A stretch of DNA of 64,000 bases from Antedon mediterranea (Eukaryota > Animalia > Echinodermata): positions 636,422 to 700,421 of the forward strand of contig NC_092678.1 in assembly GCF_964355755.1 (NCBI RefSeq), read 5' to 3'. Position numbers and translations under genes: made by a program. This document shows, in pieces, positions 1 through 12,842 of the stretch (within the stretch, counting starts at the first letter, position 1; each line of letters starts with the position of its first letter). A model generated the notes under the pieces. That model did not search any database and was not told the origin of the DNA. It saw only the letters and a program-made list of their open reading frames with translations.

Positions 1-3000
1 GTCGCTATGGCAACACGACCTTCCTGATCAGAATACAAAATACGTGCTTGGGAGCCAACCACCTGCACAAACAATTGATCATTTTAAAACCAATCAGAGA
101 TAAAAAAAAACTACCCTACATCATAAAAAACATCTCATATTCATAAAATGTTATTGATATATTATGACAACTCTTTAGAAAACAATTATACTTTAGATAA
201 TTATTAAAAAGCTTCTTGAGGTAGTTTTCTCGAATGATTTTAAAATCAAAATGGTACTGGGTATGATCAAAGAACTTATAACACAAGAATCTCCTGTTCG
301 TCCGAAGCGCGTAACAATTTCGAAAGGCATTGTGGGATAGAATAGAGCTATGGGTGGCGCCATTGTGAGCCATGGAGTAGGGCGCCCGCATCAAATTAGA
401 AAGTCAAAATCATAGAGGGGTTCTGCTAATGCTCTAGGGGGTATAGAGTAATTGACTGAGGAGTAGGGCGCCCACATCAAATTAGAAAGTCAAAATCATA
501 GAGGGGATCTGCTAATACTCTAGGGGGGTAGAGTAATTGACTTCCTAGTTTGGAGGGGGCGCTGCTCCATGCTGTGAAATGGCGTCGCCCAGTTTGACCT
601 TTTAACCCTGTACTTCCGATACTGTGTTTTGAATGCAAATTGAAGAACAGGAGATTCTTGTGTTATAAGTTCTTTGGTATGATCAACTAGGCATCCATTC
701 ATAGAACTACTGCTGTAGCAGCCTATCTGTACAGCGGCTATAGAATGGACCCAAAACATGACTTACCACGACTTTTAGTTAATAGAAGATTGAAAAAATT
801 TAGTATGAAGAGTTGTACATGGATGTTGTACATGGATGTTGTACATGGATGTTTTATGAAATTATGTCAATAGTGTATATATACTAATAACTTAACAGTA
901 AATTTAGCGTTTAAAAACTCACTAATTTATGTTTTCCGGCTTCCCTGTACTTCCGATACTGTGTTTTGAATGCAAATTGAAGAACAGGAAATTCTTGTGT
1001 TATAAGTTCTTTGGTATGATCAACTAGGCATCCATTCATAGAACTACTGATGTAGCAGCCTATCTGTACAGCGGCTATAGAATGGACCCGAAACATGACT
1101 TACCACAACTTTTAGTTGATAGAAGATTGAAAAAAATTTAGTATGAAGAGTTGTACATGGATGTTGTACATGGATGTTTTATGAAATTATGTCAATAGTG
1201 TATATATACTAATAACTTAACAGTAAATTTAGCATTTAAAAACTCACTAATTTATGTTTTCCGGCTTCCGTTATCCAGCGCACATTATCCTCATATTGTT
1301 GCTTTGTTTTTTCTGGCACTAAAGATACAAAAGATAAAGTTATACGAGATGTTATGAAATGATTTAGTCCTTAACACATAGGCGTATGATTTAGTCCTTA
1401 ACACATGGGCCTATGATAGTCCTTAACACATGGGCCTATGATTTAGTCCTTAACATATGGGCCTATGATGCCAAATAGAATGATTTAGTCCTTAACACAT
1501 AGGCGTATGATTTAGTCCTTAACACATGGGCCTATATTTAGTCCTTAACACATGGGCCTATATTTAGTCCTTAACACATGGGCCTATGATTTAGTCCTTA
1601 ACACATAGACCTATGATTTAGTCCTTAACACATAGGCCTATGATTTAGTCCTTAACACATAGGCGTATGATTTAGTCCTTAACACATGGGCCTATGATTT
1701 AGTCCTTAACACATAGGCCTATGATTTAGTCCTTAACACATAGGCCTATGATTTAGTCCTTAACACATAGGCCTATGATTTAGTCCTTAACACATAGGCC
1801 TATGATTTAGTCCTTAACACATAGGCCTATATTTAGTCCTTAACACATGGGCCTATGATTTAGTCCTTAACACATGGGCCTATGATTTAGTCCTTAACAC
1901 ATGGGCCTATGATTTAGTCCTTAACACATAGGCCTATGATTTAGTCCCTAAAACATGGGCCTATGATTTAGTCCTTAACACATGGGCCTATGATTTAGTC
2001 CTTAACACATGGGCCTATGATTTAGTCCTTAACACATAGGCCTATGATTTAGTCCTTAACACATAGGCCTATTATTTAGTCCTTAACACATGGGCCTATG
2101 ATTTAGTCCTTAACACATGGGCCTATGATTTAGTCCTTAACACATAGGCCTATGATTTAGTCCTTAACACATAGGCGTATGATTTAGTCCTTAACACATA
2201 GGCGTATGATTTAGTCCTTAACACGTAGGCCTATGATTTAGTCCTTAACACATAGGCCTATGATTTAGTCCTTAACACATGGGCCTATGATTTAGTCCTT
2301 AACACATGGGCCTATGATTTAGTCCTTAACACATGGGCCTATGATTTAGTCCTTAACACATGGGCCTATGATTTAGTCCTTAACACATGGGCCTATGATT
2401 TAGTCCTTAACACATAGGCCTATATTTAGTCCTTAACACATGGGCCTATGATTTAGTCCTTAACACATGGGCCTATGATTTAGTCCTTAACACATGGGCC
2501 TATGATTTAGTCCTTAACACATAGGCCTATATTTAGTCCTTAACACATAGGCGTATGATGCCAAATAGAAGGATTTAGTCCTTAACACATAGGCCTATGA
2601 TTTAGTCCTTAACACATAGGCCTATGATTTAGTCCTTAACACTTAGGCCTATATTTAGTCCTTAACACATAGGCGTATGATTTAGTCCTTAACACGTAGG
2701 CCTTTTAAAAAGATCATGTGCAGGTCCACGATTCCATAAATGAATAGTTTAGATAAGAGAATGTTATGATTGATAGTATCAAAGGCTTTTGAAAGATCAA
2801 TGAATGTTCCAATAGCAAAATGGTTTTTTTCAAATGCATCCACAATACTATTAGTAAGTTGTAGAAGATCCATTGAAGTATCATATTCCTTTTCGAAAGC
2901 CATATTGATGGTCAGAAAGAATATTGTGTTTTCAAATAAATTTGTATGTCCGATCATTAATGATGCGTTCAAACATTTTGGAGAAAATTGACAGAATGGA

Positions 3001-6000
3001 GATAGGACGATAATAATAATAACCTGGAGCTTTATTATTCTTGAAATATTTGACTGTGTTGAGTATTTCATTATCGTCAACAGGGATAAGAAATAGGGAA
3101 TTGAGAGTAGGGTTCGGTAAGTAGTCTTTATAATTTGTTGCATGTGATGGTATTTGACTTGTAAGGGTAGGTCCAATCTTTCCAAAAAACTGATTGAAAG
3201 AATTTTATCAAGATGATTTGAGGTTTCGCCCATTGCCGCCTCAATGTCGAAGAGCCGACTTTCGATTTTATCAAACCGATATAAAAGTGGCGTGAGTTTG
3301 GACTCAATTACCTCTGATATTACGCATCCTAAGATATCCTTGATTTGCTTACTTTTAAAGGCAATAGCAATGCCATTGTTGATCATGGCTGCCAGCTCAT
3401 CGCATTGTAGAATCTCGGTCTTCATGGCCTGTACCACTTGTGTGGAATGCCTTGTAGATTGCTTTGTTCCGTCCTTTGTTGTAGACATTACAGATCCGTA
3501 GAGCAAAACACCAGTGAACCGTAAAGCAATCACCGATAATATTCACAAAACTCGTTTAAAAGTTATAGGTAAACTTGACATCAATAATAAAATCACAGTT
3601 GAAGAGGAATTGCAACAGGTAAAAATATGAAGATATGAGACCTTTAGGAACGTGTATATGCTGATTTACGCCATCAACCTAGAAGCTCATAAAAACACGT
3701 CTACTCAGCACGGTAAATACAGTTATTGAGTGGTCAAGCAATTACGACAGCGGAACCTTAATAACATCGGCAACCGAAGTAAATAAACATTTGTGTAACG
3801 GCTATGACTCTCACTGGCTAAACCCATGGACTCCTGGAGCTTACAGGAGTCCAGATGGAAAAAAACAGGCATTATATTGAAAAAGGCTAAAAACGTTGGA
3901 GGCCTCCAGCGTGGGAGGGCCACTTAGGGTCCTCTGTTTTACGCCACTGTAAATACAGTAAAACGCTATTAAGGGGACACCTTTGGGACTCAAGAAATTG
4001 GGGAGTGTCCCAAAGGAGGGTTTATTCTGTTTTTATGACATCACACTGGAATAAGAAGGTCATTGTAGCATTGTAGACAGAATCATTGGAGAAGCAGGCA
4101 CAGCCTTGCCCGACACTTTATGATCCCAACATCATTGGAGAAGCAGGCAAAGCCTAGCCCGACACTTTATGATCCCAACATCATTGGAGAAGCAGGCACA
4201 GCCTAGCCCGACACTTTATGATCCCAACATCATTGGAGAAGCAGGCACAGCCTTGGCCGACACTTTATGATCCCAACATCATTGGAGAAGCAGGCACAGC
4301 CTTGGCCGACACTTTATGATCCCAACATCATTGGAGAAACAGGCACAGCCTTGGCCGACACTTTATGATCCCAACATCATTGGAGAAGCAGGCACAGCCT
4401 TGCCCGACACTTTATGATCCCAACATCATTGGAGAAGCAGGCACAGCCTTGGCCGACACTTTATGATCCCAACATCATTGGAGAAGCAGGCACAGCCTTG
4501 CCCGACACTTTATGATCCCAACATCATTGGAGAAGCAGGCACAGCCTTGCCCGACACTTTATGATCCCAACATCATTGGAGAAGCAGGCACAGCCTAGCC
4601 CGACACTTTATGGTCCCAACATCATTGGAGAAGCAGGCACAGCCTAGCCCGACACTTTATGATCCCAACATCATTGGAGAAGCAGGCACAGCCTTGGCCG
4701 ACACTTTATGATCCCAACATCATTGGAGAAGCAGGCACAGCCTTGGCCGACACTTTATGATCCCAACATCATTTTTAGCGGTAATTCTATACACACAAGT
4801 CTTATTTATTACCTTTGCACCAGTTAATTTATTCATAATAACAACATGATTTAAATGATTACCTCCTCTGCTGATTAGTTCACCTAAAACTTCTGCCGCA
4901 ATCTGATCCGTTGTTAAGAGGTCATTGGGGTCACCAGATGTACACACCCAACGGAACGGTCCAAATCCCAGCGAGAATATATCACTAGAGCAAAATTAAT
5001 AAAATAATAAATTAATTAATCTTATAATACAATATTACATATACGATCTGTGTAAATTAAGTTACCTATATTCCTTCAGCATAATTTGTACACTAAACCT
5101 AAAACAGAATGCTAATTCAATTTATTATAATATCAATTTAAAAAAAATAATCTATATTCATATGTCTCTATTAAGCTCTGTCAAAACTATCAAACATTAT
5201 ATGACAAAAACAAGGCCATATACATGGCTGCAGACGCATGCTCAAGTTAGTGTTTACCGACCGACCAACCAACCGACCGACATAGCGAGCTGTAGAGTCA
5301 TATTGCACGCAACAAAAAATGTGATGAGCCCATTGATAATGTCATATCACTACCATATTTAAGCATATCACTACCACATTTGGACACATCGCACTTTTTT
5401 TGTCTAGTTTGATAGTATAGACAGAGTGCAATATGCTATATATTTTTAATTTCAAATGCTTACCCCATGATGTCTTGTACATAGGAGGCATAGCGGAATA
5501 CCGTTCCTGTTGGGCTGTCTTCCTTGGACACGTCAGCTCCTAAATATTCAATTCACAATAATCAGTTTGAGTTGAAAGCTCTGTCTACAGTGTGATATGC
5601 CCAATTACGGTAGTGATATGAAATCATCATGTGGGCACATCACATTTTTTTGTAACATATAGTTTGATAGTGTAAACAGAGCTTAAGTTTATCAGTGTTT
5701 TGTTCAGATCCTGACCCATTCCTCCAAACACATGAATACAAACATGGAAGAGTTCAAAGGTTACCGGCTAGCAAGAATAGACAAGAAAGTATAAACAGCT
5801 GTATACTGTATGAATAATAACAATAGTTTATATTATATAACACCTAAATAAATTCCTGTCATTTGATTGGACGATTGTGGGTCACATGGCGTGCAATAGT
5901 ACGCACTTTTTAATGATCGTTAAATAGTACTTTTATAATAAACAAGGAATATAATATTACCTGCTCTTCTTGCTTCTAGAAGGAATGCATTGCCATAGTC

Positions 6001-9000
6001 CCAGAAATACAAGCCATGAGCTGCCAACTCATTGATAGCTGCCACTTGTCTTCTTAAACTAAGCAACAATGTAAAATGAAATTAGTACAACTGGTGTAAA
6101 CAACAACAAAGAAGTCTATTTATTCCAATAAACATCATTAAACTTTTTGTTGTTCTCTGTCTCTTGGCACATCTGTCTGTCTAAAGTTCTTCTTTTCATG
6201 TTGGAACTTTTTTTCTGTTCCTTGACATCATAGTAACATTACTCTTTTTCTACCACAAGGAGATTTTCTTCTAATCAAACTTAGTTCTATAATCTATCTC
6301 TTTTAGTCACATAAATTTGATTTCTCTTTTTCTGCCTTTTTTAATCATTAGTCAATGAATGTTGTGTAAAGTTGTCTACATTATCAAACTATTTTGACAA
6401 AAAAAAGTTTGTGTGTCTAAGTATGATAGTGATATGCCAAAATAAGGTAGTAATATTACATCATTGTGTCCATATTTGGGCACATCACATTTTTTTGTCA
6501 CATAAAGTTTGATAGTGTAGACATAGCTAAACATTGCAATATAACTAACCTTTCTTCAACAAGAGACTTGAATCTTTTAGGGTCATTGGCCATCACATCA
6601 TTTGCTTGGTCAAAGGTCAGCTGTACTGGATAGTAACCACCATTGATTGGGTTATGACAGGAAGTCTGATCTGATCCAAGGTCAATCAAGAGGTCACCAG
6701 TCTTTTCATACTCTTTTACGCATCGTTCCCTTCAAAATACAAATAGAAATGTAATTAAAAAATTTATAAATATTAATCAATTAATATAATAATTATTTAT
6801 TTTGAGAGAAAGATAAAAAGTTGCATTAAAAGTCTACTTACCAAATATCAACAATGTTTCCATGGTAACCAATGCTGAGTGGTTCTTTCTCATTTCTTGC
6901 TTTCCTATAAAAGATAACACAGTATTTTTTTATCTAAAGACAACCAACAAACTGTCGCATTAAATTGTATACAATGTAGCTAAAGTGTGTCAGTATCAGT
7001 GGATCAGTGGATCAGTGTGTCAGTATCAGTGAGGTAACCACAATAAATAAAGTGGTTTGGTTTTTGCAAGAAAAGAGAACAATCTGTGTTCAAGCCATTG
7101 GCTTGTCAAAGGCCTCTGTCAAAAAGAGAACAATCTGTGTTCAAGCCATTGGGTTGTCAAAGGCCTCTGTCAAAAAGCTTACCAACAATCTGTATTCAAG
7201 CCATTGGGTTGTCAAAGGCCTCTGTCAAAAAGCTTACCAACAATCTGTGTTCAAGCCATTGGGTTGTCAAAGGCCTCTGTCAAAAAGAGAACAATCTGTG
7301 TTCAAGCAATTGGGTTGTCAAAGGCCTCTGTCAAAAAGCTTACCAACAATCTGTGTTCAAGCCATTGGGTTGTCAAAGGCATCTGTCAAAAAGCTTACCA
7401 CCAATCTGTGTTCAAGCCATTGGGTTGTCAAAGGCCTCTGTCAAAAAGCTTACCACCAATCTGTGTTCAAGCCATTGGGTTGTCAAAGGCCTCTGTCAAA
7501 AAGCTTACCAACAATCTGTGTTCAAGCCATTGGGTTGTCAAAGGCCTCTGTCAAAAAGCTTACCAACAATCTGTGTTCAAGCCATTGGGTTGTCAAAGGC
7601 CTCTGTCAAAAAGCTTACCAACCGTACTGGTGGATACGAGTATTTTTGCCAACTATTTATGTTTAACAGTTCTGTTGGTGGATTTGTTTTTCTTACCTGA
7701 TTCTTGTCACCAACTGATCAAGATCATCTATAACCTCCATCACCCATCTGTAAAAGAAAAAACAAACAATTTATGTATCAACTTTAAAGCCATGGATAAA
7801 TGTGTATTTTCGATAAATAAAAAAATTAATTAAGAGACGTTTAATATATCATTTTAAAATCATGGAACCATTTTCAAGAACAAATGAGTAAAATTAGCAA
7901 AATAAAAGTACCAAAGGATGATGGGAAATACAAAGCACCAAAGGGTGATGGGAAATATAAAGTACCAAAGGGTGATGGGAAATATAAAGTACCAAAGGGT
8001 GATGGGAAATATAAAGTACCAAAGGGTGATGGGAAATATAAAGTACCAAAGGGTGATGGGAAATATAAAGTACCAAAGGGTGATGGGAAATATAAAGTAC
8101 CAAAGGGTGATGGGAAATATAAAGTACCAAAGGGTGATGGGAAATACTATAAACAATTAGTAACAAAGACTGAAAATCCTAAAAAGATAGGCTTCTTCTC
8201 TCGTTAATTATCAAACAATTTTGCTTTCATGGAGTCAATCAAAGCAAAATTGATCTTTATTGTTATTAAATTTTATTTTAAAGATGATAAAAAAAATAAT
8301 GAAGAATTCATGTTGGTAATTATACCCTTGTTTATGTCTTTTGACAAGTGCCTCTTTATTGACCTCAGCAATGACTCCAATACAGCCACTTATAACAGCA
8401 GCTTTAGCTTGAGCTCCACTCATACCACCAAGACCAGATGTTAGCAGCACACGCCCACTTAAGTCACCTGACTTGAAACAACGCCGACCCGCATTTAGAA
8501 CAGTTATCTGAAAATTGCAACAGGTTGTTTATAACAATACAATTTAATTATGAGGATCAATCATAAAAATTATTCTTATCTGATATAATTTACATAACAT
8601 TATGTATTCGTCATCGAACATGAATATCATACATAAAATTGATTGTCAGAAAAACCTATTATTGAATGAATGACTTACTGTAGTTCCGTGTACAATTCCT
8701 TGTGGGCCTATGTAACAGTAGCTGCCAGCTGTCATCTGTCCATACCTGAAACCAATAAAGTACAGTATATTCATTATAGGCCACCACAAACTCAAATAGC
8801 ACGCCCTCTGCATTAAGTATTTTTTTACAGTAATGGTCATTCATTCATGACAATAATGATGATGATAACGATGATGATAAATGATGATGATAAATAATTA
8901 TGATGATAATGACGATGATGATGAAGATTATGAATTCATGATGATGATGATGATGAATTCATGATGATGATGATGAATTCATGATGATGAATTCATGATG

Positions 9001-12000
9001 ATGAATTCATGATGATGATGACAATGATGATGACAATGATGAGGAAGATGATGATGAAGATATGATAATAATGATGATGACAATACTTACATTGTCACTC
9101 CAAGTGCGAAAAGTCTGTTGTACATTTCCCTACTTGAATAATTTGGAATCACCTTGAACAAATTAGACATAATATCCAAAAGTTAGTGTTTTCATTTTAG
9201 CTGATAAGAGGGAAGAGTGATCAGAATGTGTCTCGGCATGATGTCAATAATCGTAGTACTATGCTTGTTGGTTGTCGCAAATTGAAAGCTCCCTCTAGTC
9301 TACTTTTACATAAATCTCACCATGCCATTTGTAATAACCAAACCTGGTGCCTCAGCATGGCTTGGAAACAAGCCCTGTGAATGGCCAGAGTTCATATCAA
9401 GTGATTACATAATACTCACCATTCCATTTGTGATAACCAAACGTGGTGCCTCAGCATGGCTTGGAAACAAGCCCTGTGGATGGCCAGAGTTCATTACAAG
9501 TGTTTACATAATACTCACCATTCCATTAGTGATAACCAAACGTGGTGCGTCAGCATGGCTTGGAAACAAGCCCTGTGGATGGCCAGAGTTCATATCAAGT
9601 GATTACATAATACTCACCATTCCATTTGTGATGACCAAACGTGGTGCCTCAGCATGGCTTGGAAACAAGCCCTGTGGATGGCCAGAGTTCATTACAAGTG
9701 TTTACATAATACTCACCATTCCATTAGTGATAACCAAACGTGGTGCGTCAGCATGGCTTGGAAACAAGCCCTGTGGATGGCCAGAGTTCATATCAAGTGA
9801 TTACATAATACTCACCATTCCATTTGTGATGACCAAACGTGGTGCCTCAGCATGGCTTGGAAACAAGCCCTGTGGATGGCCAGAGTTCATATCAAGTGAT
9901 TACATAATACTCACCATTCCATTTGTGATGACCAAACGTGGTGCCTCAGCATGGCTTGGAAACAAGCCCTGTGGATGGCCAGAGTTCATTACAAGTGTTT
10001 ACATAATACTCACCATTCCATTAGTGATAACCAAACGTGGTGCGTCAGCATGGCTTGGAAACAAGCCCTGTGGATGGCCAGAGTTCATATCAAGTGATTA
10101 CATAATACTCACCATTCCATTTGTGATGACCAAACGTGGTGCCTCAGCATGGCTTGGAAACAAGCCCTGTGGATGGCCAGAGTTCATATCAAGTGATTAC
10201 ATAATACTCACCATTCCATTTGTGATGACCAAACGTGGTGCCTCAGCATGGCTTGGAAACAAGCCCTGTGAATGGCCAGAGTTCATATCAAGTGATTACA
10301 TAATACTCACCATTCCATTTGTGATAACCAAACGTGGTGCCTCAGCATGGCTTGGAAACAAGCCCTGTGGATGGCCAGAGTTCATTACAAGTGATTACAT
10401 AATACTCACCATTCCATTTGTGATAACCAAACGTGGTGCCTCAGCATGGCTTGGAAACAAGCCCTGTGGATGGCCAGAGTTCATTACAAGTGTTTGCTCC
10501 TCTGTCATCTCTGATAAATAGTTCATCACAATCCAAAACTACAGAAAAGAAAACTGTAAAGGTTACAAACATATTATCAGCATTATTTAATCAACATTCT
10601 CCGACATCCTCGCTGTAATCATAATATTTTTTAAAGGTTTTGATGGTGAATAAACACTAATAAAGTAAGGTTTGCGGTACATACATCATGTGATACATCA
10701 TGTGATTCCCAAAATACGTCATGTGATTCCCAAATAGAAATAAACTATAAAGTTGAACATTTCATCAGTTATTAGACTGCACTATTTTTTATTCGACTAG
10801 ACTTTACCTTAAAAAATTACTTTAGAAAATATCAAAAGATATTCTCAACAATATTTTATTTCCATTTGAAAGCACATGGTGTACAGCAAACACACCTTTA
10901 CTATTCATAATGTACAGATTATAATCAATTTATTAGTAGTGTAGATTACCTGAGCCCAGTTAGAGAACACCTGACCGTTGCCGCCATATGTAACTAACTC
11001 TTCTGGAAACTGAAATATTAGAAAAATACTTAATTGTTAAAGTAATCAAGGGCTTTTAGAAAAATCAGTAAATAGAGAAACGTCATCATTTTTATTTAAT
11101 TTCATTATTTATTAGTCTATTGCAATATACATACAAAAGAAAACTGAAATTGGGTCAACCAGGGTCAACCTAACTTAACTTAATCACTGTAGCTGAGCCG
11201 GTTGACCTAACCCCAAAGTCAGTTTACACATAAGAGACACAGAACACAGTTAAAGCTAATCAACTCCATCCTATCGACGGACGTTTGCACAGAATAAAGA
11301 ATCAAATCAATTGACTAATGCTCTACAGGTATCAACGATTACATGCGATACTATCTTAACAGATGCTGCTTTGTACCTACCTGTGCAACTGTATGGTCTA
11401 GGTTGTTCATTATCATCAGCATAATAGCAGCAGCCTTCATTGTCTTGCAGGGGTAGTCATCAATTGGATAAGCTCTGTAAATTACAAACACAAACACACA
11501 TGAAATTCAGTTTTACTGTGAATATGATTAATAAATATGCAATATATGAATGATGAAAAGAATTTTGTTTTAATTTTATTTATTTATCCAACACTGAAGG
11601 ATAGAAGAAATGGTTTAATTCAGCATGCAAGCAATTTTCAATCAACTTTAATGCAATTTAGTTTTACTATAAAGATGATTAATAAATAAACAATAAATAA
11701 ATTTTGTTTAAATTTAATTTATTGAAGAATAGAATGAACAGTTTAATATAGCATGCAAAGAATTTTCAACTTTATAATTTAATAACTCCACCCCACCTCC
11801 ATTTAATAACTCCACCCCACCTCCATTTTTAAAAACCCATCACTGTCCAACAAGGAAGGTCCTCTTTGACTAATTGACTAATAAAAAACTGTCAATGATA
11901 TGGTGTGTATTTACACTTACCTCATTTTAATATCTGGTATAAAGCGGTACATATAAATATGACCATGAGCTATGAATTCCTGAGCGAATTCTGGTGCCAA

Positions 12001-12842
12001 CTCCTCGTGTAGTGAAGATGGAAAATACCGTAGAGCATTCTCAAGGGCTGTCTGCCAATGTTTAAAGAAAAAAAAGACTTCAAATAGAATACTAAACAAA
12101 TAACAACATAAAATATTTGTTTATTGCTTTCTTTCTAAACCTGTGTGGAGTAGGCCTAGGCTTCAATCATTTGTCGTATTCGAGAGTGGACCGTTGAGTA
12201 GTTTTTCCGTTGAGTACTTCTTTAACGGAGTATTTTGGGCGTTGAGATTGTTCTTAACGAAAAAGCTTTCGTTGTCAACGTTCTATTCGAATGACTTTCT
12301 GTTGAGCACAAATTTACAATTCGAATACAAAAAGTACTCAACGAATCTTTACGTTGACAACGAAAGTTCCCAATCGAATACGACAATTGTATCGTATCTT
12401 ATTATATATGAATTCATTTATATGACAAAGATTTCTGTTTAAAAAAAAAAATTAACAAGTTTAATGTTTGTAAATATTTGTGCAAAATGAATAAAGTTGT
12501 TGATCACCGACAGTGAGCAAACCGACCATACGCACGTTTCATCATTCTTTAGCCGTGAGGAAAGCAGGCCTAGCCGCTAGCCTCCCCACATGGCAGCCAA
12601 CACATGTCAACAAGACAGACCTAGCTAGGACTAGCCTTACCGTTTACCCACTATATGGCAGCCAACACGACAGACCCTAGCTAGGCCTAGCTGTGAGGTC
12701 TTGAAACCCCTACCTTTTGTTCGGTTGCATTAAGTCCATGTGCCCTGGTAGGTGCGTGTCCTATTAAGGGATCTCTTCCACGATATACAGGGAGAGGGGA
12801 AAAAGGTAAACCCTTACAAATATTCGTCAAAGTCGCCGACAT
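1..12842 (-). CDS. UROC1: Urocanate hydratase (urocanase), animal-type with N-terminal extension; 16 exons visible, 3' end runs off the window
   Basis: ATG at 12842. Exons (minus): 12714-12842, 11921-12051, 11381-11474, 10950-11009, 10410-10538, 9091-9152, 8679-8745, 8326-8507, 7697-7747, 6842-6904, 6550-6729, 5961-6058, 5464-5539, 4863-4984, 1248-1318, 1-62. All GT-AG with consistent phases. The translation has the hallmark motifs ELVTYGGNGQVFSNWAQ, YGQMTAGSYCYIGPQGIVHGT, TSGLGGMSGAQAKAA, DLGSDQTSCHNP, FWDYGNAFLLEA, GFGPFRWVCTSGDP and VVGSQARILYSD. Confidence 0.97.
607..1269. repeat. Two-copy ~330 bp tandem duplication that includes the 3' end and donor of a UROC1 exon
   Basis: 607-943 and 944-1269 are near-identical. 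Both end in actcactaatttatgttttccggcttcc, which on the minus strand reads GAAGCCGGAAAACATAAATTA|gtgagt. Confidence 0.9.
1359..2703. repeat. 27-bp minisatellite, about 50 copies
   Basis: Unit tgatttagtccttaacacat(a/g)ggccta repeated head-to-tail with few variants. Confidence 0.95.
2704..3720 (-). mobile_element. Internally deleted non-LTR retrotransposon (CR1/L2-like): ORF1-like fragment fused to a reverse-transcriptase fragment
   Basis: ORF 2682-3533 contains TSMDLLQLTNSIVDAFEKNHFAIGTFIDLSKAFDTINHNILLSKLFIYGI, the typical non-LTR RT DLSKAFD motif. It is preceded by a coiled-coil-like ORF1-type segment. Upstream boundary is approximate. Confidence 0.8.
4082..4772. repeat. 49-bp minisatellite, about 14 copies
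   Basis: Unit atcattggagaagcaggcacagcctt(g/a)gccgacactttatgatcccaac. Confidence 0.95.
5174..5426. mobile_element. Palindromic MITE (PIF/Harbinger-like) carrying a nested ~110 bp insertion
   Basis: Termini agctctgtc..actatcaaac and gtttgatagtatagacagag match the intact copy at 53585-53724. Extra sequence acaaggccatatacatggc...gcacgcaac (about 5208-5315) interrupts the acaaaaaaatgtg stretch. Confidence 0.7.
5835..5910. repeat. Dispersed ~70 bp repeat (further copies at ~22725-22787 and ~39170-39238)
   Basis: tataacacctaaataaattcctgtcatttgattggacgattgtgggtcacatggcgtgcaat occurs three times in the window; family not identified. Confidence 0.8.
7027..7640. repeat. 55/51-bp tandem array (about 10 copies) inside a copy of a hAT-like MITE
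   Basis: Unit aacaatctgtgttcaagccattgggttgtcaaaggcctctgtcaaaaagcttacc. The flanks (cagtgaggtaaccacaa..., ...cttaccaaccgtactgg) match dispersed elements at 48803-48950 (reverse) and 55865-55989. Confidence 0.85.
7905..8146. repeat. 27-bp minisatellite, about 9 copies
   Basis: Unit aaagtaccaaagggtgatgggaaatat. Confidence 0.95.
8845..9083. repeat. Imperfect (GAT)n microsatellite
   Basis: Long run of gat/gac/gaa triplets interrupted by gaattc. Confidence 0.9.
9316..10492 (-). repeat. 99-bp tandem array, about 12 copies, built from the 3' ~83 nt of UROC1 exon 5 plus its 5' splice site
   Basis: Minus-strand unit is ...GGC CAT CCA CAG GGC TTG TTT CCA AGC CAT GCT GAG GCA CCA CGT TTG GTT ATC ACA AAT GGA ATG|gtgagtattatgtaa. 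The donor motif ctcacc recurs every 99 bp from 9316 to 10405. Confidence 0.95.
12171..12386. mobile_element. MITE-like element with terminal inverted repeats in UROC1 intron 1
   Basis: ttgtcgtattcga ... tcgaatacgacaa, with internal cgttgag/ctcaacg sub-repeats. Confidence 0.7.

Noticed and set aside
2682-3533. Intact 283-aa gene or active retrotransposon
   Set aside because: It is a fusion of partial ORF1-like and partial RT sequence, lacks the endonuclease and the YADD catalytic motif, and ends in a minisatellite.
1359-4772. CRISPR-like arrays (27-bp and 49-bp repeats; also 35003-36013 and 58588-59542)
   Set aside because: Units are head-to-tail with no unique spacers, there are no cas genes, and the context is eukaryotic introns or intergenic DNA.
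7007-8207. Long repetitive ORFs (7007-7833, 7860-8207)
   Set aside because: They are translations of minisatellites inside UROC1 introns, open in several frames at once.
8845-9083. Poly-Asp or poly-His coding tract, tempting as a histidine-sensing attenuator inside UROC1
   Set aside because: It lies in an intron with no splice signals or start context. On the minus strand it reads as CAT/ATC/TCA repeats, which is best explained as an ordinary (GAT)n microsatellite.
9322-10521. 399-aa plus-strand ORF of 33-aa repeats
   Set aside because: It is the antisense of the 99-bp UROC1 exon-derived array and stays open only because the unit is a stop-free multiple of 3. There is no independent coding evidence.
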